Shown one piece after another: positions 30,000-39,904 of a stretch of 64,000 nt of DNA. The notes beneath the pieces were generated by a model. It had not been told where the DNA came from. It worked only from the letters and a program-made list of their open reading frames with translations, and did not search any database. How positions within the stretch are numbered: the first letter of the stretch is position 1; each line of letters begins with the position of its first letter. The translations under genes were made by a program, and so were the position numbers. The stretch lies in sequence record NC_061449.1. One strand, written 5' to 3'.

Positions 30000-30806
30000 T
30001 TAGAAGCTGTGACCTTTGATGATCGCTGCAATCTTACCGTAGTATTCCGGGCTATAGCGGAACACTTTAGCGTAGTAGTCCAGCAGCTTCGGTACATCAA
30101 CACCGGCAGCAGCAGACACGCTATCGATCTCTGGGAACTGACGCTCATCCAGCTCAGTACCGGACAACACAGCTACCATGCTCATGGAGCTGATCTGTTC
30201 TTCGTTACCCTGCTCGTCAACAACGAGGAAGGTATTGTCATCGGTAACGTTAGCAGCAACGAAACCAACTTTCAGATCGCCAGAGTTAGACACGAAGCTA
30301 ACCATGTCACCGCCGACAGCACCCGCCAGTACCAGTTCGTTCTGAGCGATAGCATGTGCCAGAGTAGGCATAGAGCTTGACAGCGCGACAGCAGAAGCAC
30401 CAGACACAGAACGAATCATGTCGATCAGTTCAGAGTTGTCGTTAGCGCTGGACTCGCGAACCAGAACGTCTTCACCGCTTTCGCTGCGACGTACTGCCCA
30501 CATGCGCTCTGACTTGTCCATGTACATGTTCTTGGACAGCGCCTGGAACTCGTCACCCATCTGAGACACAGGGATAACGTCCTGCATACGGTTCAGAATG
30601 GTACGAACGAAGCTGGTGGTTTTACCCTGCTCGATCATAGAAGACGCGCCAGCAACAGGCATGTATTCGCGGTTGCAGGAAGCGCTTACGATAGCACCGA
30701 AGTTGTCTGCGATGTTCTCGCCGACGTTGTGAGTCACTTGCACGATGGCCACGCTTTGGTTGTCGTTAAGCGGGTCGATCTGTTTGATGAAAGCCTTCAT
30801 TGTCAT
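30000..30806 (-). CDS. Putative virion structural protein
   Basis: Strong codon bias; AGGAG RBS; CTAATTT motif upstream; 'IDSVS|AAAG' near the C-terminus. Confidence 0.55.
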   Translation of the reverse strand: MTMKAFIKQIDPLNDNQSVAIVQVTHNVGENIADNFGAIVSASCNREYMPVAGASSMIEQGKTTSFVRTILNRMQDVIPVSQMGDEFQALSKNMYMDKSERMWAVRRSESGEDVLVRESSANDNSELIDMIRSVSGASAVALSSSMPTLAHAIAQNELVLAGAVGGDMVSFVSNSGDLKVGFVAANVTDDNTFLVVDEQGNEEQISSMSMVAVLSGTELDERQFPEIDSVSAAAGVDVPKLLDYYAKVFRYSPEYYGKIAAIIKGHSF

Positions 30807-30846
30807 CTCCTGAATGTTTCGACAATCGAAATTAGTAAACTTAGGG

Positions 30847-32010
30847 TTAGCCTGTCACGCGATATCGCGCATTGACCCAGATACTGCGGTTACCAACAGT
30901 AGCCCATTTGGTTGTTGGGCTGTTTGTGATGCCGAGCTTGCCAAGTGCGCGAGCACCGTCAATCGCACCAGAACCCTGAGAACCATCACCGTCGTTGATT
31001 CCGGCCTTAGACAGTTTGTTCTTCAAGTTCGTAACAGGACCTTGAATCTCCGTTTCGAGTCTGCCTAAAGCAGCTTCGATAGAAGGGGTTCGGTCCATGT
31101 TTAAGTTAACGACTTGACCAGTGAAGTCAAATGCTAACTGTCCTTCTGCCTGTAGCTGGGCCGCAAGTGCATAGTAGCAACTACAGATTACCCAACCGTT
31201 CAGGATAGTGCCCTGCATGTTCGTGCCGTTAAAGCCTGTAACACGAGGACCGATAGTGTTGAACAGCGCAAGACCACGATACAGGTAGTTCATGATGTCG
31301 GCTTGAGTATACTCCAGTTCAGGAATAACGTTCATAGCGCGAGCTTTGTTGATGTGGTCTTCAACCATCGATGCCGCGATAAGAATCTGAGGCGTTACTG
31401 CCCACAGCTTATACGTCAGCATCTTGGTTGTCTTGCGTGAAGCAGAGGTGTAGTGTGCGATTAAGCTAATAGGCTCAAGGCGACGAGTCGCAACCCACAC
31501 AGGCACTTGAAACACACAGGTCTTGGCGCGGTTAACAATCATCTTCACACCAGCATCGCCGGAGTCGATATCAGATGCAACGATTTGGTTGTTGAGTGCG
31601 AGTTGGAATCTCAGCTTATCACCACGCGTGTCGAAGTGAAACGGCAACGTCATCTCAAACGTTTCGTTGTCACCAAACAGCGTCACAATATCTGTCACGC
31701 GGTTTTCAGTCAGGGGCTCTACGGTGAGTTCCTGACTCGACTGCATGATTCCTTCTTCGGACTCATAGCGCCATTTGACTGTCAGACGTTTATCGTCCAC
31801 CAGCCCCATGTTCGGTATAGCAACATCAGCAGTCCAGTAGCCCGGCACTTCACCGGGCGTTGCGACTACTTGAGCCAGCACTGATTTGTCTTCGGGGTCA
31901 ATGAGACTTACTACAGGCCCCATGTCATCCGATAGAGGATAAACAGGCTGGTCTAGATCATCGAAGAAGCTCTCTTCAAGGACCAGTACGTTACCTTCTG
32001 TTGTGCGCAT
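30847..32010 (-). CDS. Putative neck/head-tail adaptor protein
   Basis: Probable start MRTTEG at 32010. N-terminal Ig-like beta region and helical C-terminal half ('F.F.GQ..NL..DRT..IE') resembling myovirus head-completion proteins. Confidence 0.4.
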   Translation of the reverse strand: MRTTEGNVLVLEESFFDDLDQPVYPLSDDMGPVVSLIDPEDKSVLAQVVATPGEVPGYWTADVAIPNMGLVDDKRLTVKWRYESEEGIMQSSQELTVEPLTENRVTDIVTLFGDNETFEMTLPFHFDTRGDKLRFQLALNNQIVASDIDSGDAGVKMIVNRAKTCVFQVPVWVATRRLEPISLIAHYTSASRKTTKMLTYKLWAVTPQILIAASMVEDHINKARAMNVIPELEYTQADIMNYLYRGLALFNTIGPRVTGFNGTNMQGTILNGWVICSCYYALAAQLQAEGQLAFDFTGQVVNLNMDRTPSIEAALGRLETEIQGPVTNLKNKLSKAGINDGDGSQGSGAIDGARALGKLGITNSPTTKWATVGNRSIWVNARYRVTG

Positions 32011-32011
32011 A

Positions 32012-33118
32012 TCAGTCTGCCTTAGTGAGTCCCAGATACTCAATCAGATTGCGTAGCTGGTCGTTATACCCACCTTCAATAAGCGCTCGTGCCATTGCAA
32101 CGTGGTTAGAGTTCGCTGTACGCACTACCTTAGCCTGATACTCAGGAACGTTTTGCATGTTCTGGCTCAGGTTGTAGAAGTAGCTGCGCACGAAGTTGGT
32201 TCGCTCAACGTTGCTTGCTTCCATGTCGCTTGTGTCTTGCGTAGGAGTCAGCAGCAGATAAAGCGCTGCAAGCAGTTCAGGACTTTGATCAATGACAGGC
32301 GATGCCAGAGAAGCAGCAATCTTCATCAGGCCCTTCGCAACAAAATCAACCACAGTCTTTTCGACGAACTCCGTACCGGCTTTACCTACGTTAGGCAGAT
32401 AGAGGCCAGGCAAGATGAAGATACAGAAGTAAAGAGGAAAGTCTTTACGCATCACGTCGGGGATAAGCATCTCCGAGTAGTCTTTCCAGATGTTGATATT
32501 GAAGTGCCATTCATCGTAAGGCACAGTACGCATCAAGTTCGACACAGACAGGTCTTTCACAAGGTTAGCCTGCGATGCAAGATCGCGAGCACTCTGCGAA
32601 GGCGCAAGGTTAGAACTCGACACAAGCTGAACGTAGTTGCGTGTCACAGCACCTACAGTGTTGTACACAACGTTCAACATCTCAACACCGTTACCGTTCA
32701 GGCCAAAGATGACAGAACGAGGAAGACCGATAGTGATGTACTCGTTATTGTTCTCGACACCCCACAGTCTCCAGTAGCGACCACGACCCAGCTGAGTCAT
32801 AGGTGGCGGGAGAATACGATTAGCGCGAGGTTTCAGGCAGAACGTGAACGCAATGCCACTGTCAATCATGATCACTGAATCATCAGGACGATTCGAATAA
32901 CCCATCGACATGTTGTTGTCAGTGCTGAACACGTTTACCAGAGTGAAGTTCAGAGACTTTGTGAAAGGCATCTGCGCTTCAATCAAATAGCCGAGAACTT
33001 GACGGACGATAGTATCAAGCACATAAGGAGAAGCGTTACGCATTTGATTCGGACGATACTGCCCGCTATACGTATTCTCCTTGAATGTGCGATCTACCTT
33101 GAAGTGCGTCAACGCCAT
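32012..33118 (-). CDS. Hypothetical protein (probably virion)
   Basis: Coupled to 33118..34407 (TAATG). Confidence 0.6.
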   Translation of the reverse strand: MALTHFKVDRTFKENTYSGQYRPNQMRNASPYVLDTIVRQVLGYLIEAQMPFTKSLNFTLVNVFSTDNNMSMGYSNRPDDSVIMIDSGIAFTFCLKPRANRILPPPMTQLGRGRYWRLWGVENNNEYITIGLPRSVIFGLNGNGVEMLNVVYNTVGAVTRNYVQLVSSSNLAPSQSARDLASQANLVKDLSVSNLMRTVPYDEWHFNINIWKDYSEMLIPDVMRKDFPLYFCIFILPGLYLPNVGKAGTEFVEKTVVDFVAKGLMKIAASLASPVIDQSPELLAALYLLLTPTQDTSDMEASNVERTNFVRSYFYNLSQNMQNVPEYQAKVVRTANSNHVAMARALIEGGYNDQLRNLIEYLGLTKAD

Positions 33119-34407
33119 TACTTAACAGACTGTTTCAGCAGGCGTTTCTGTTGCGGGTTCAGGCCCATGACGTCTGCGATCTCGTCGATCTTACGCAGAG
33201 TCAGAACGCCTTTCGCAGTGCCACCGCTACCTGTCAGTGAGACTTTAACGAACTCACGACCGTTACGGCCAGTTACCATCTGATGCACGATGCTGTTCTT
33301 ACCGCCGCGACCTGCGCGAAGTGCGGTAGAGGCCATACCCAAGATTTCGGTAACAGCTTCTTTCTTCTCGGTAGGACTGAGGCCCGGAACCAGACGCACA
33401 TACAGGCTATCGTTCTGCACACGCACGTTGTCGAAGATTTCTTTCTTACGACCGCGAATGGTGTGTTGCTGATTGCCCAGCATCGTCGTGTCACGCAGGT
33501 TCTGCGTAGAACGGTTGATAGGCTTACGCTCGCTGTAGTTCAAGAATCCGTCGAGAGCCATCAGGTGGTTGATGGTACGCTTCATCTCTGGAGCAGTAGC
33601 AATCTGACGACCCATAGGGAATGAACCAGGGACTTTCTCGTCAACGAGTGACGTCAGGAAGTTTTCGCTGATACCGCTTGCGACCGCGATCGTGGTAGAC
33701 AGCACCAGAGCATAGTTCGGGTAGTGCATACCGTCTGAGTTCACGAAGTTATCAATGAACACATAGGTCTGGAAGCAGATAGGGTCGGTGCCAGACGCGA
33801 TGAAAGTACGAGTACGAATCTTCGAATAGTCTTCTTTATTCAGAATCTTCGACAGGTAGTTAGCGATAGTTGCAGCCAGCTTGGTGTGTTCTTTAGGAGC
33901 GCCGTTCTTAACGTCGATGCTCATAAGTTTAACCAGTTTGGTCTGCTGATCTTTCGCCTGTGCAATGACGTTAAGCAGGGACTTCGCTGCGGTGTTCTGA
34001 TCTTTGAACGCGCTGAAAGTTTTGCTGCTGAGAATCTGGTACGCAACAGACAGTTCGCCAATTGCCTGACTGAGTTGACTCACCTGATTGTTGTACTGCG
34101 CTTTGTTGCGTACATCGGTAATGTCAATCTTAGACAGGTCGATAACCTGATTCAAGTCAATCGCTTTTGTCTGCTTGCCTTTGATGGAGCCTTCGATATC
34201 GGACAGCTCAATAGCTTTAGCGCTGACAGACAGAAGGCGCTTAGGGATAGCGACGCTTTGTGCAGTCGCTACTACGCGGTCGAGCACGTTACGGAACTCT
34301 TTCGCTGTACGAGCACCGCGCAGGGCAGCCATGTTCCCAGAGCTATAGTCAACAGATGCGCTGATACTGCTAACTTCATTGTTTTTGGCAGTCTTAGCCA
34401 TGATCAT
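33118..34407 (-). CDS. Putative virion/head protein
   Basis: Strong codon bias; 'EVSSIS|AS' near the N-terminus; CTAATTTTT upstream. Confidence 0.55.
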   Translation of the reverse strand: MIMAKTAKNNEVSSISASVDYSSGNMAALRGARTAKEFRNVLDRVVATAQSVAIPKRLLSVSAKAIELSDIEGSIKGKQTKAIDLNQVIDLSKIDITDVRNKAQYNNQVSQLSQAIGELSVAYQILSSKTFSAFKDQNTAAKSLLNVIAQAKDQQTKLVKLMSIDVKNGAPKEHTKLAATIANYLSKILNKEDYSKIRTRTFIASGTDPICFQTYVFIDNFVNSDGMHYPNYALVLSTTIAVASGISENFLTSLVDEKVPGSFPMGRQIATAPEMKRTINHLMALDGFLNYSERKPINRSTQNLRDTTMLGNQQHTIRGRKKEIFDNVRVQNDSLYVRLVPGLSPTEKKEAVTEILGMASTALRAGRGGKNSIVHQMVTGRNGREFVKVSLTGSGGTAKGVLTLRKIDEIADVMGLNPQQKRLLKQSVK

Positions 34408-34514
34408 CCTCTACTGGGTCTAGTAATCATATCGAGTAAAAATTAGCGACTAAGGGCTGATTTACTCGACATAGTGTTCGTACTGACTTTACAAAATTTA
34501 GGGCATGTGAACGC

Positions 34515-34544
34515 AAAAAGGGGCAGCCGAAGCCACCCCTTTTT
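34515..34544 (-). terminator. Intrinsic terminator, GGGTGGC-TTCG-GCTGCCC family
   Basis: Hairpin flanked by A and T tracts. Confidence 0.8.
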
Positions 34545-34574
34545 GTTTGTAGTAATGTCTATCGACCAGGCCGA

Positions 34575-35243
34575 TTAAACAGTTACTTTACCTTTTGCTT
34601 TAGTCTTCGCCGCTTTCTTAGCGCCAGTTTTCTGCGCTGCGGTACCAGTGTGCTTCACGGCTTTCTGAGTGGTTTCTTTACCACCTTTCAGACGCGGCAT
34701 TGGTTTCAGCTTAGGCTTCTTCAGGGTAACAGCTTTCGGCTGAACCTTCGGAGTTACCAGCTTACCGTTTTTGATCTGCGGCTTACGCGCTTTGCGAGCG
34801 GCCAGGCGAGCTTTCTGTTTAGCGATCAGGTTGCTGTAACCAGCTTTCTGTTTCGCTTTCAGGTTGCTCAGTGCGATGCTCTGACGTTTCAGCAGCAGCT
34901 TACGGATTTTACCCTGAGAAACAGCGGTAGCTTTCAGGCCAGCCTGATATTTAGCCAGACGCTCTTTCAGGCGCTGCTCGATAGACTTCGCTTTGCCTTT
35001 GGCTTTCTGCTTACGCAGGTGGGTAGCGCGTTCGTTGTCGAACTTTTTGTCGGAAGCGGTTTTCTTGGTACCAGCTTTCTTCGGCTTAGCAGCCTTAGGA
35101 GCTTTGGCAGCTTTAGGCGCTTTGGCAGCCTTAGGAGCTTTCGCTTTTTTGGTACCGGTAGCTTTGGTAGCTTTCGCTTTCTTAGCTTTAGAACCGCCTT
35201 TAACTGGGTCGGTCGGAGAAGTCAGTTTGCGTTTTACGGCCAT
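34575..35243 (-). CDS. Histone H1-like Lys/Ala-rich DNA-binding protein
   Basis: Extremely basic; 'KAPKAA' x3; highly biased codons (AAA/GCT/AAG). Confidence 0.7.
   Translation of the reverse strand: MAVKRKLTSPTDPVKGGSKAKKAKATKATGTKKAKAPKAAKAPKAAKAPKAAKPKKAGTKKTASDKKFDNERATHLRKQKAKGKAKSIEQRLKERLAKYQAGLKATAVSQGKIRKLLLKRQSIALSNLKAKQKAGYSNLIAKQKARLAARKARKPQIKNGKLVTPKVQPKAVTLKKPKLKPMPRLKGGKETTQKAVKHTGTAAQKTGAKKAAKTKAKGKVTV
35089..35145. repeat. Imperfect 18-bp tandem repeat encoding KAPKAA
   Basis: agccttaggagctttggc / agctttaggcgctttggc / agccttaggagctttcgc. Confidence 0.85.
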
Positions 35244-35360
35244 GGTTGTATCCTCAAGTTACAATTGAACTTTCGTCCTGTGGACATTAAGTTTTGAAAT
35301 CAGCATGTAAAAATTAGTATAATCCCTGAAACTTTTATCAGGAAATTTCCTAAATCTTTT

Positions 35361-36437
35361 TTACATAGCAGTATACCCTATTTCAGATAACACCGCGTTA
35401 AGTTCCTTCCGAGCACTAACCCGCAAGGACTTTTTAATTCCCGAAGCCTTGAGGTATTCCTTAAGGCCGTCGCGTGGGTCAATATCCGCGAGCGTTAACT
35501 CGCTAACATCGACTGTATCTATATTATCGAGATCGACGCGTTTATTCGTGGAATTTATTTGGGAAATGTTCGGTACGCGAGTACGGATATCTGCCGGTAT
35601 CGACACGGTGTCCTTAACAATCACACGGTATCTAATCGCAGGGTTTACTTCCAGACGTGACCAGTCTTTCTGATTCTCTATTGCAACTGTTTCTAACCTG
35701 AATCCGGGTTTACTGTCGATAAACTTCTGCTGAACGATCAGTTCGCCCTTCTTGTAGAACGCACGAATGTGAAGGAACCCTTTCGGTAGTGCTTCCCCAA
35801 ACGTTTTCTGGTACGGTGAACCACAGTAAGTGAAGCGCTTCGCCTCAAGTACCTGATACAGGTGAATGTGACCACTGATTGTATAATCGCGTGGGTCAAC
35901 TTTAATATCTTTCTTCGCTTTAAGCGGGCGTCCATTATCGCCAAGCGCACCGATAGCTTCTACGTGACAGAAGTTCAGGCACGGCTTCTTATGCTTAATG
36001 CTTTCTTTCGCTGGGTGCGGCAGGAAGTTAACGACAACACCATCAATCTCTACCTGCTCAGGTCTGAGGTAGATGTGCAGCGACTTGAGGAAGTCCCATT
36101 CACAGAACGTCTTAATCAAGTCCATGCTGGTGGAGGTCATGTCTGCCCAGTCGTGGTTGCCACCACAGTACCACGTTTCAACAACACCCTCATACTTGAG
36201 GAAGAACTGGAGCAGCTTGCGCTTAGTCTCGTCTTCCATCTTAAACTTATCGGTGATATCGCCTGGAACGATAACGTGACGAATCCCGTGCTCAACTGCA
36301 TACTGATAAATGCGGTCAATTGTTTCAAGCTGGCGATCAACGTGATCAGTAGGGAAGTGATTCGACAGACCTTCAAAGTGCCAGTCAGAGGTCGTAATCG
36401 CTTCTAAGATCTCAGATACTTTTTTCTTTTTCATCAC
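35361..36437 (-). CDS. sbcD: SbcD/Mre11 (T4 gp47-like) metallophosphoesterase nuclease
   Basis: 'SDWH', 'GDITD', 'GGNHD', 'CHVE' and 'SGHIH' motifs. Confidence 0.9.
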   Translation of the reverse strand: MMKKKKVSEILEAITTSDWHFEGLSNHFPTDHVDRQLETIDRIYQYAVEHGIRHVIVPGDITDKFKMEDETKRKLLQFFLKYEGVVETWYCGGNHDWADMTSTSMDLIKTFCEWDFLKSLHIYLRPEQVEIDGVVVNFLPHPAKESIKHKKPCLNFCHVEAIGALGDNGRPLKAKKDIKVDPRDYTISGHIHLYQVLEAKRFTYCGSPYQKTFGEALPKGFLHIRAFYKKGELIVQQKFIDSKPGFRLETVAIENQKDWSRLEVNPAIRYRVIVKDTVSIPADIRTRVPNISQINSTNKRVDLDNIDTVDVSELTLADIDPRDGLKEYLKASGIKKSLRVSARKELNAVLSEIGYTAM

Positions 36438-36495
36438 TACAGTCCACAGGTTTCTTTGACTGCTATTTACAGATACATGGAGTGTTTCACCGAAG

Positions 36496-36523
36496 AAAAA
36501 AGGGCAGCCGAAGCCACCCTTTT
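36496..36523 (-). terminator. Intrinsic terminator, GGGTGGC-TTCG-GCTGCCC family
   Basis: Identical stem-loop plus U6. Confidence 0.8.
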
Positions 36524-36526
36524 ATT

Positions 36527-38410
36527 TTACTTCTTAGCAGCAAGTCGTGCCCTACGCGCTTTAGCTTCGTCGCGCAGCTCGGCAACCTCTTCAAGAGCCT
36601 GAGCCATTGCGATCTCCAGTGCGCGATCACAAATAGCGTCAATGATTTGTTGAGGGTTCTCTTGTGTGTCGAGAAGCAGATACATAGGGTTCCCTAACTC
36701 AACTGCTTCAGGGTATAGTTCCTCACGCGCTTCCGCAATACACAACTCACCATCAATGTGGTACATGAGTCTAGGTATCTCGGTCTTCTTGAGCTTGTAC
36801 TTCTTATCCTCAAACATGGGGCGAAGTTTCGTGCGGAAGTCTTCGTGTGCGTCGATTGCAATGTATTTGTAACCGGCAAACACTTTCTTCGCAGCATTGA
36901 AATAGCGCTTGTCGATTATGGCCTTGTATCGTTCCATGCTCGCTTGATTAGCAGCAGGGCAAGCAGGAGCCATATTTGCCAACGAGCCGATAGCAGGTGC
37001 CAGAACGTATTCAGCATACAGACTAGAACTGTCCATATACTCCTCATCAACGTAACGGACCTGTACGCCACCAGTGTTAACGCGTGACGCATGGAACCAG
37101 AACATGCTTTCAGGATTCACTGAGTATTTAGCGAATGACCAAATCTGAGACAGCGCAGCAGGATAGGACCAACGCGTCAGATCATCCTTCCTCACACCGA
37201 ACAGATCAACTTCATCAAGGTTAGCGTCGAGGAAGCTCTTACGCTGTGCCTGTGGCAATCGGTCAATGAACATGTGCATTGCTCGCGTTTTACCTGATAG
37301 GTGTTGCCAAATTCTAGGCACGACAACATCATCAATACCGAACTTGTCAAACACAGTATCGAGGAACTGCCCGAACTCGTCATAACGCTTATCCCCAATA
37401 AGGGCAGCACTACAACGCACATAGAACTTAGGCTGTCCCCATTTCTCTCGCGCGAACATTGTAGCAATCTGAGGGTGACGGTCCAGAGCGTCAACAACAA
37501 TTTCCTCGTTGTTTGCAGCACGAGGCGCAGCAATAATGCCGCGAACAAACCCAGCAAGATCGCCTCGCATCAGCGGACTTTCAAGATCGTAGTTGAACTC
37601 AGTGCTACGCTGATCCGCATACAGCTTGCTACCCAGCTCATACATTCCCTTGCGCTCTGTGGCAGCGATGAAAGGATTAATGTGTTCGTCCAGCCAATCT
37701 TGCAGTACGTGAACGAAGGGCATCTTAGAATCTGGGTAGGCATACTCTACCAAATATAGCGCATTCACTTTCTCAGAGCCTACGAAACGTTCAGACGCTT
37801 TTGCTTTTGTTTGTTGGAAGTAAGGCTTAGCGAGGCAACGACCGATAGGCTTATTGATGTTTCTGTCCGAGGGATCAATCAGGTACGCGATCAACGTGCC
37901 ACCAGCAATGTCTTGTTTGACAAATCTCTTGTTCGAGCCTGTCTTCAAGTTCATGCAGCTCACCCACCCACGGTCTGTGGACATGCCTGCAATATCGTAC
38001 GGGTGCATTGAGATGCAGATAAGCTGACGGTTACGCGTCGCATTGACCATAGACTTACGGTTTGGGTCGGAGTCAAACATCTTCTTGAGTTCAGGATTCT
38101 TTGACAACACACGACCAATCTTAACGATACGCCCGTGCGTGTCTTTGCCTGTACCCGCAAGATAGTCAACGAGGACAATATCCTTTTCCATCAGAGCGTC
38201 AACGATTTGAATCGGAGGCTTGATATTCTGAGCGATATTCTTGATCACGTCGTCTGTCTTCGCGTCAATGTAGATGCGCATGGCCTTGTAGCCTTTCTTG
38301 CCGCTAATCTTTTCAAACAGATTCAGCAGTGTAATATTAGGCTTCCATCCTTTTCTGTACTTGCGGTACAGAGATGGAGGGAGAGCAGATAAACTGACTT
38401 GAATTTCCAT
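36527..38410 (-). CDS. Putative head-internal protein with MEIQVSLSA leader, 627 aa
   Basis: True start is probably the ATG at 38410 (MEIQVSLS; GAG RBS; CTAATTTTT ~28 nt upstream). Confidence 0.65.
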   Translation of the reverse strand: MEIQVSLSALPPSLYRKYRKGWKPNITLLNLFEKISGKKGYKAMRIYIDAKTDDVIKNIAQNIKPPIQIVDALMEKDIVLVDYLAGTGKDTHGRIVKIGRVLSKNPELKKMFDSDPNRKSMVNATRNRQLICISMHPYDIAGMSTDRGWVSCMNLKTGSNKRFVKQDIAGGTLIAYLIDPSDRNINKPIGRCLAKPYFQQTKAKASERFVGSEKVNALYLVEYAYPDSKMPFVHVLQDWLDEHINPFIAATERKGMYELGSKLYADQRSTEFNYDLESPLMRGDLAGFVRGIIAAPRAANNEEIVVDALDRHPQIATMFAREKWGQPKFYVRCSAALIGDKRYDEFGQFLDTVFDKFGIDDVVVPRIWQHLSGKTRAMHMFIDRLPQAQRKSFLDANLDEVDLFGVRKDDLTRWSYPAALSQIWSFAKYSVNPESMFWFHASRVNTGGVQVRYVDEEYMDSSSLYAEYVLAPAIGSLANMAPACPAANQASMERYKAIIDKRYFNAAKKVFAGYKYIAIDAHEDFRTKLRPMFEDKKYKLKKTEIPRLMYHIDGELCIAEAREELYPEAVELGNPMYLLLDTQENPQQIIDAICDRALEIAMAQALEEVAELRDEAKARRARLAAKK

Positions 38411-38437
38411 GATCGTTCTCTGTGTTCTGGTGATGAT

Positions 38438-38446
38438 AAAAATTAG
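38438..38446 (-). promoter_or_regulatory. CTAATTTTT motif (class 2, late promoter candidate)
   Basis: Recurs ~23-31 nt upstream of several virion/lysis gene starts. Confidence 0.55.
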
Positions 38447-38484
38447 CGTAGAAATGACAAACGCCCCGTTAGGAGCGTTATATG

Positions 38485-39375
38485 TCAAAGCATCAGCGTG
38501 TGCTTCCACAGCTTAGGCGTAAGTCGCATGTTGCGGCCCGGCTCAATTTCAGTCTTACTCGCATCAAAGTCATTGTCGTCCAACATGAACGTCTTGCCGT
38601 CTTTGATTTGTATCAGACGATCAATCGTTACACGTTCCGGTGCGTCAGTTGATTGCATACGAGGTGTTGTCTGCTGCAATGTTGCAGGGCCAGACCTGTG
38701 ATACAACGAAACTTGGTAGCCACTACCTCCACCAATAACAGGGAAGCCAATGCTATACAGATGATTGAAGAACTGCAAATCAGCGGCCTTAGTTCCTATT
38801 GGAGTCACTACGCCGCTACCATACCCAGTAGAAGCAGGCATAGTTGCTGAACCATAAAGAGTAGCCATGTTGTTGCTCAAGTTCAAACCGTAGCACGTCA
38901 CACCTACATTGAAAGCAGCAGTAATACCCGACTGATATACAGGCGGTAGATACGTGTTGAAAGTTCTACCGTCATACTTCTTAGGCACCACGACAACCGT
39001 ATGATATCCTGAATTGAATTGACTGTAGTTCAAGGTACTCAGAACATAGTTGTCGGTGTCCTGTTGGATCTGAGGATTGCCAGCTATTGTATATGCGTCA
39101 AACACTTGGCTAAGGGTATATGTGGGAGAAACAGACACAGGACCACGAAAAGGCAATGTGGTAAGATAGATGAACCTATCATCAGCCACACCGCTAATTG
39201 GATGACAAACGCCTTGTGTGTTGTAGCCAAGAAAAGATCTAGCGGTACGAATAGCGTCTGTAGTCGTACTCAAATCCATCTCATTTTTAGAGGAGTCAAA
39301 CAGAAAGCCCCACCTCAATGTGTCAGAACGAGCATAGAACTTTCTAAAGTCAGGTTGAGCGCAACAGTATTGCAT
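38485..39375 (-). CDS. 'MQY' paralog family member 1 (putative virion/fibre-associated)
   Basis: 'FLFD', 'ARSFLG...HPISG' at the N-terminus and 'LDDNDF...PG' at the C-terminus, shared with four other ORFs. Confidence 0.65.
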   Translation of the reverse strand: MQYCCAQPDFRKFYARSDTLRWGFLFDSSKNEMDLSTTTDAIRTARSFLGYNTQGVCHPISGVADDRFIYLTTLPFRGPVSVSPTYTLSQVFDAYTIAGNPQIQQDTDNYVLSTLNYSQFNSGYHTVVVVPKKYDGRTFNTYLPPVYQSGITAAFNVGVTCYGLNLSNNMATLYGSATMPASTGYGSGVVTPIGTKAADLQFFNHLYSIGFPVIGGGSGYQVSLYHRSGPATLQQTTPRMQSTDAPERVTIDRLIQIKDGKTFMLDDNDFDASKTEIEPGRNMRLTPKLWKHTLML

Positions 39376-39376
39376 A

Positions 39377-39895
39377 TCATGTCCTTATCAAGCGCTCGTT
39401 ATATCTCAGCCAGTCTTTCCACCAGTACTCAACCAACCTACCATTACGAAGCGCATAGTCGATGCAGTTCTGCGTTCCAGAAGGTGCACCACAACAAAGA
39501 GAAACAAGACGGTCAGTGTTGTCTACCATGAAGTGATTACGCTTATTCAAGGCAAACACTTCTTGACCATCCATATGCGCCCAGTCTTCTTTGGGAGTTA
39601 CAATATGGACTTCATGGCTTTTGTTCAACAGACCGTCAAGCTCAAACACACTGGACATCTTCCAGCGATTATTGAATCCGAGATAAGGGATACAAGACAC
39701 AACACGGTGTCCTTGCTCTATAGCCGCAGTGGCGATTGCCATGTCGAAGCCGAGAGCGCAACCGACCCAAATTTCAGTGTCGTTCTCGATACGCAGCAAC
39801 CTTCTATGAGCAAAAGTATAGAGGCGTCGTTTTGCCTCAGGGCCGAAGCCACCAAGATACTGAGGGCGATGACCAGTAAAGGATATCTTTTCCAT
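39377..39895 (-). CDS. SLOG-superfamily protein (YspA/DUF1273-like)
   Basis: 'ISFTGHRP', 'GCALGFDM', 'CIPY', 'RNHFMVD' and 'SGT.NCIDYA'. Confidence 0.85.
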   Translation of the reverse strand: MEKISFTGHRPQYLGGFGPEAKRRLYTFAHRRLLRIENDTEIWVGCALGFDMAIATAAIEQGHRVVSCIPYLGFNNRWKMSSVFELDGLLNKSHEVHIVTPKEDWAHMDGQEVFALNKRNHFMVDNTDRLVSLCCGAPSGTQNCIDYALRNGRLVEYWWKDWLRYNERLIRT

Positions 39896-39904
39896 TCACG
39901 TTAT

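Noticed and set aside
35089-35145. Tandem repeat as a possible CRISPR or mini-array
   Set aside because: No spacers; it is an in-frame 18-bp coding repeat (KAPKAA).
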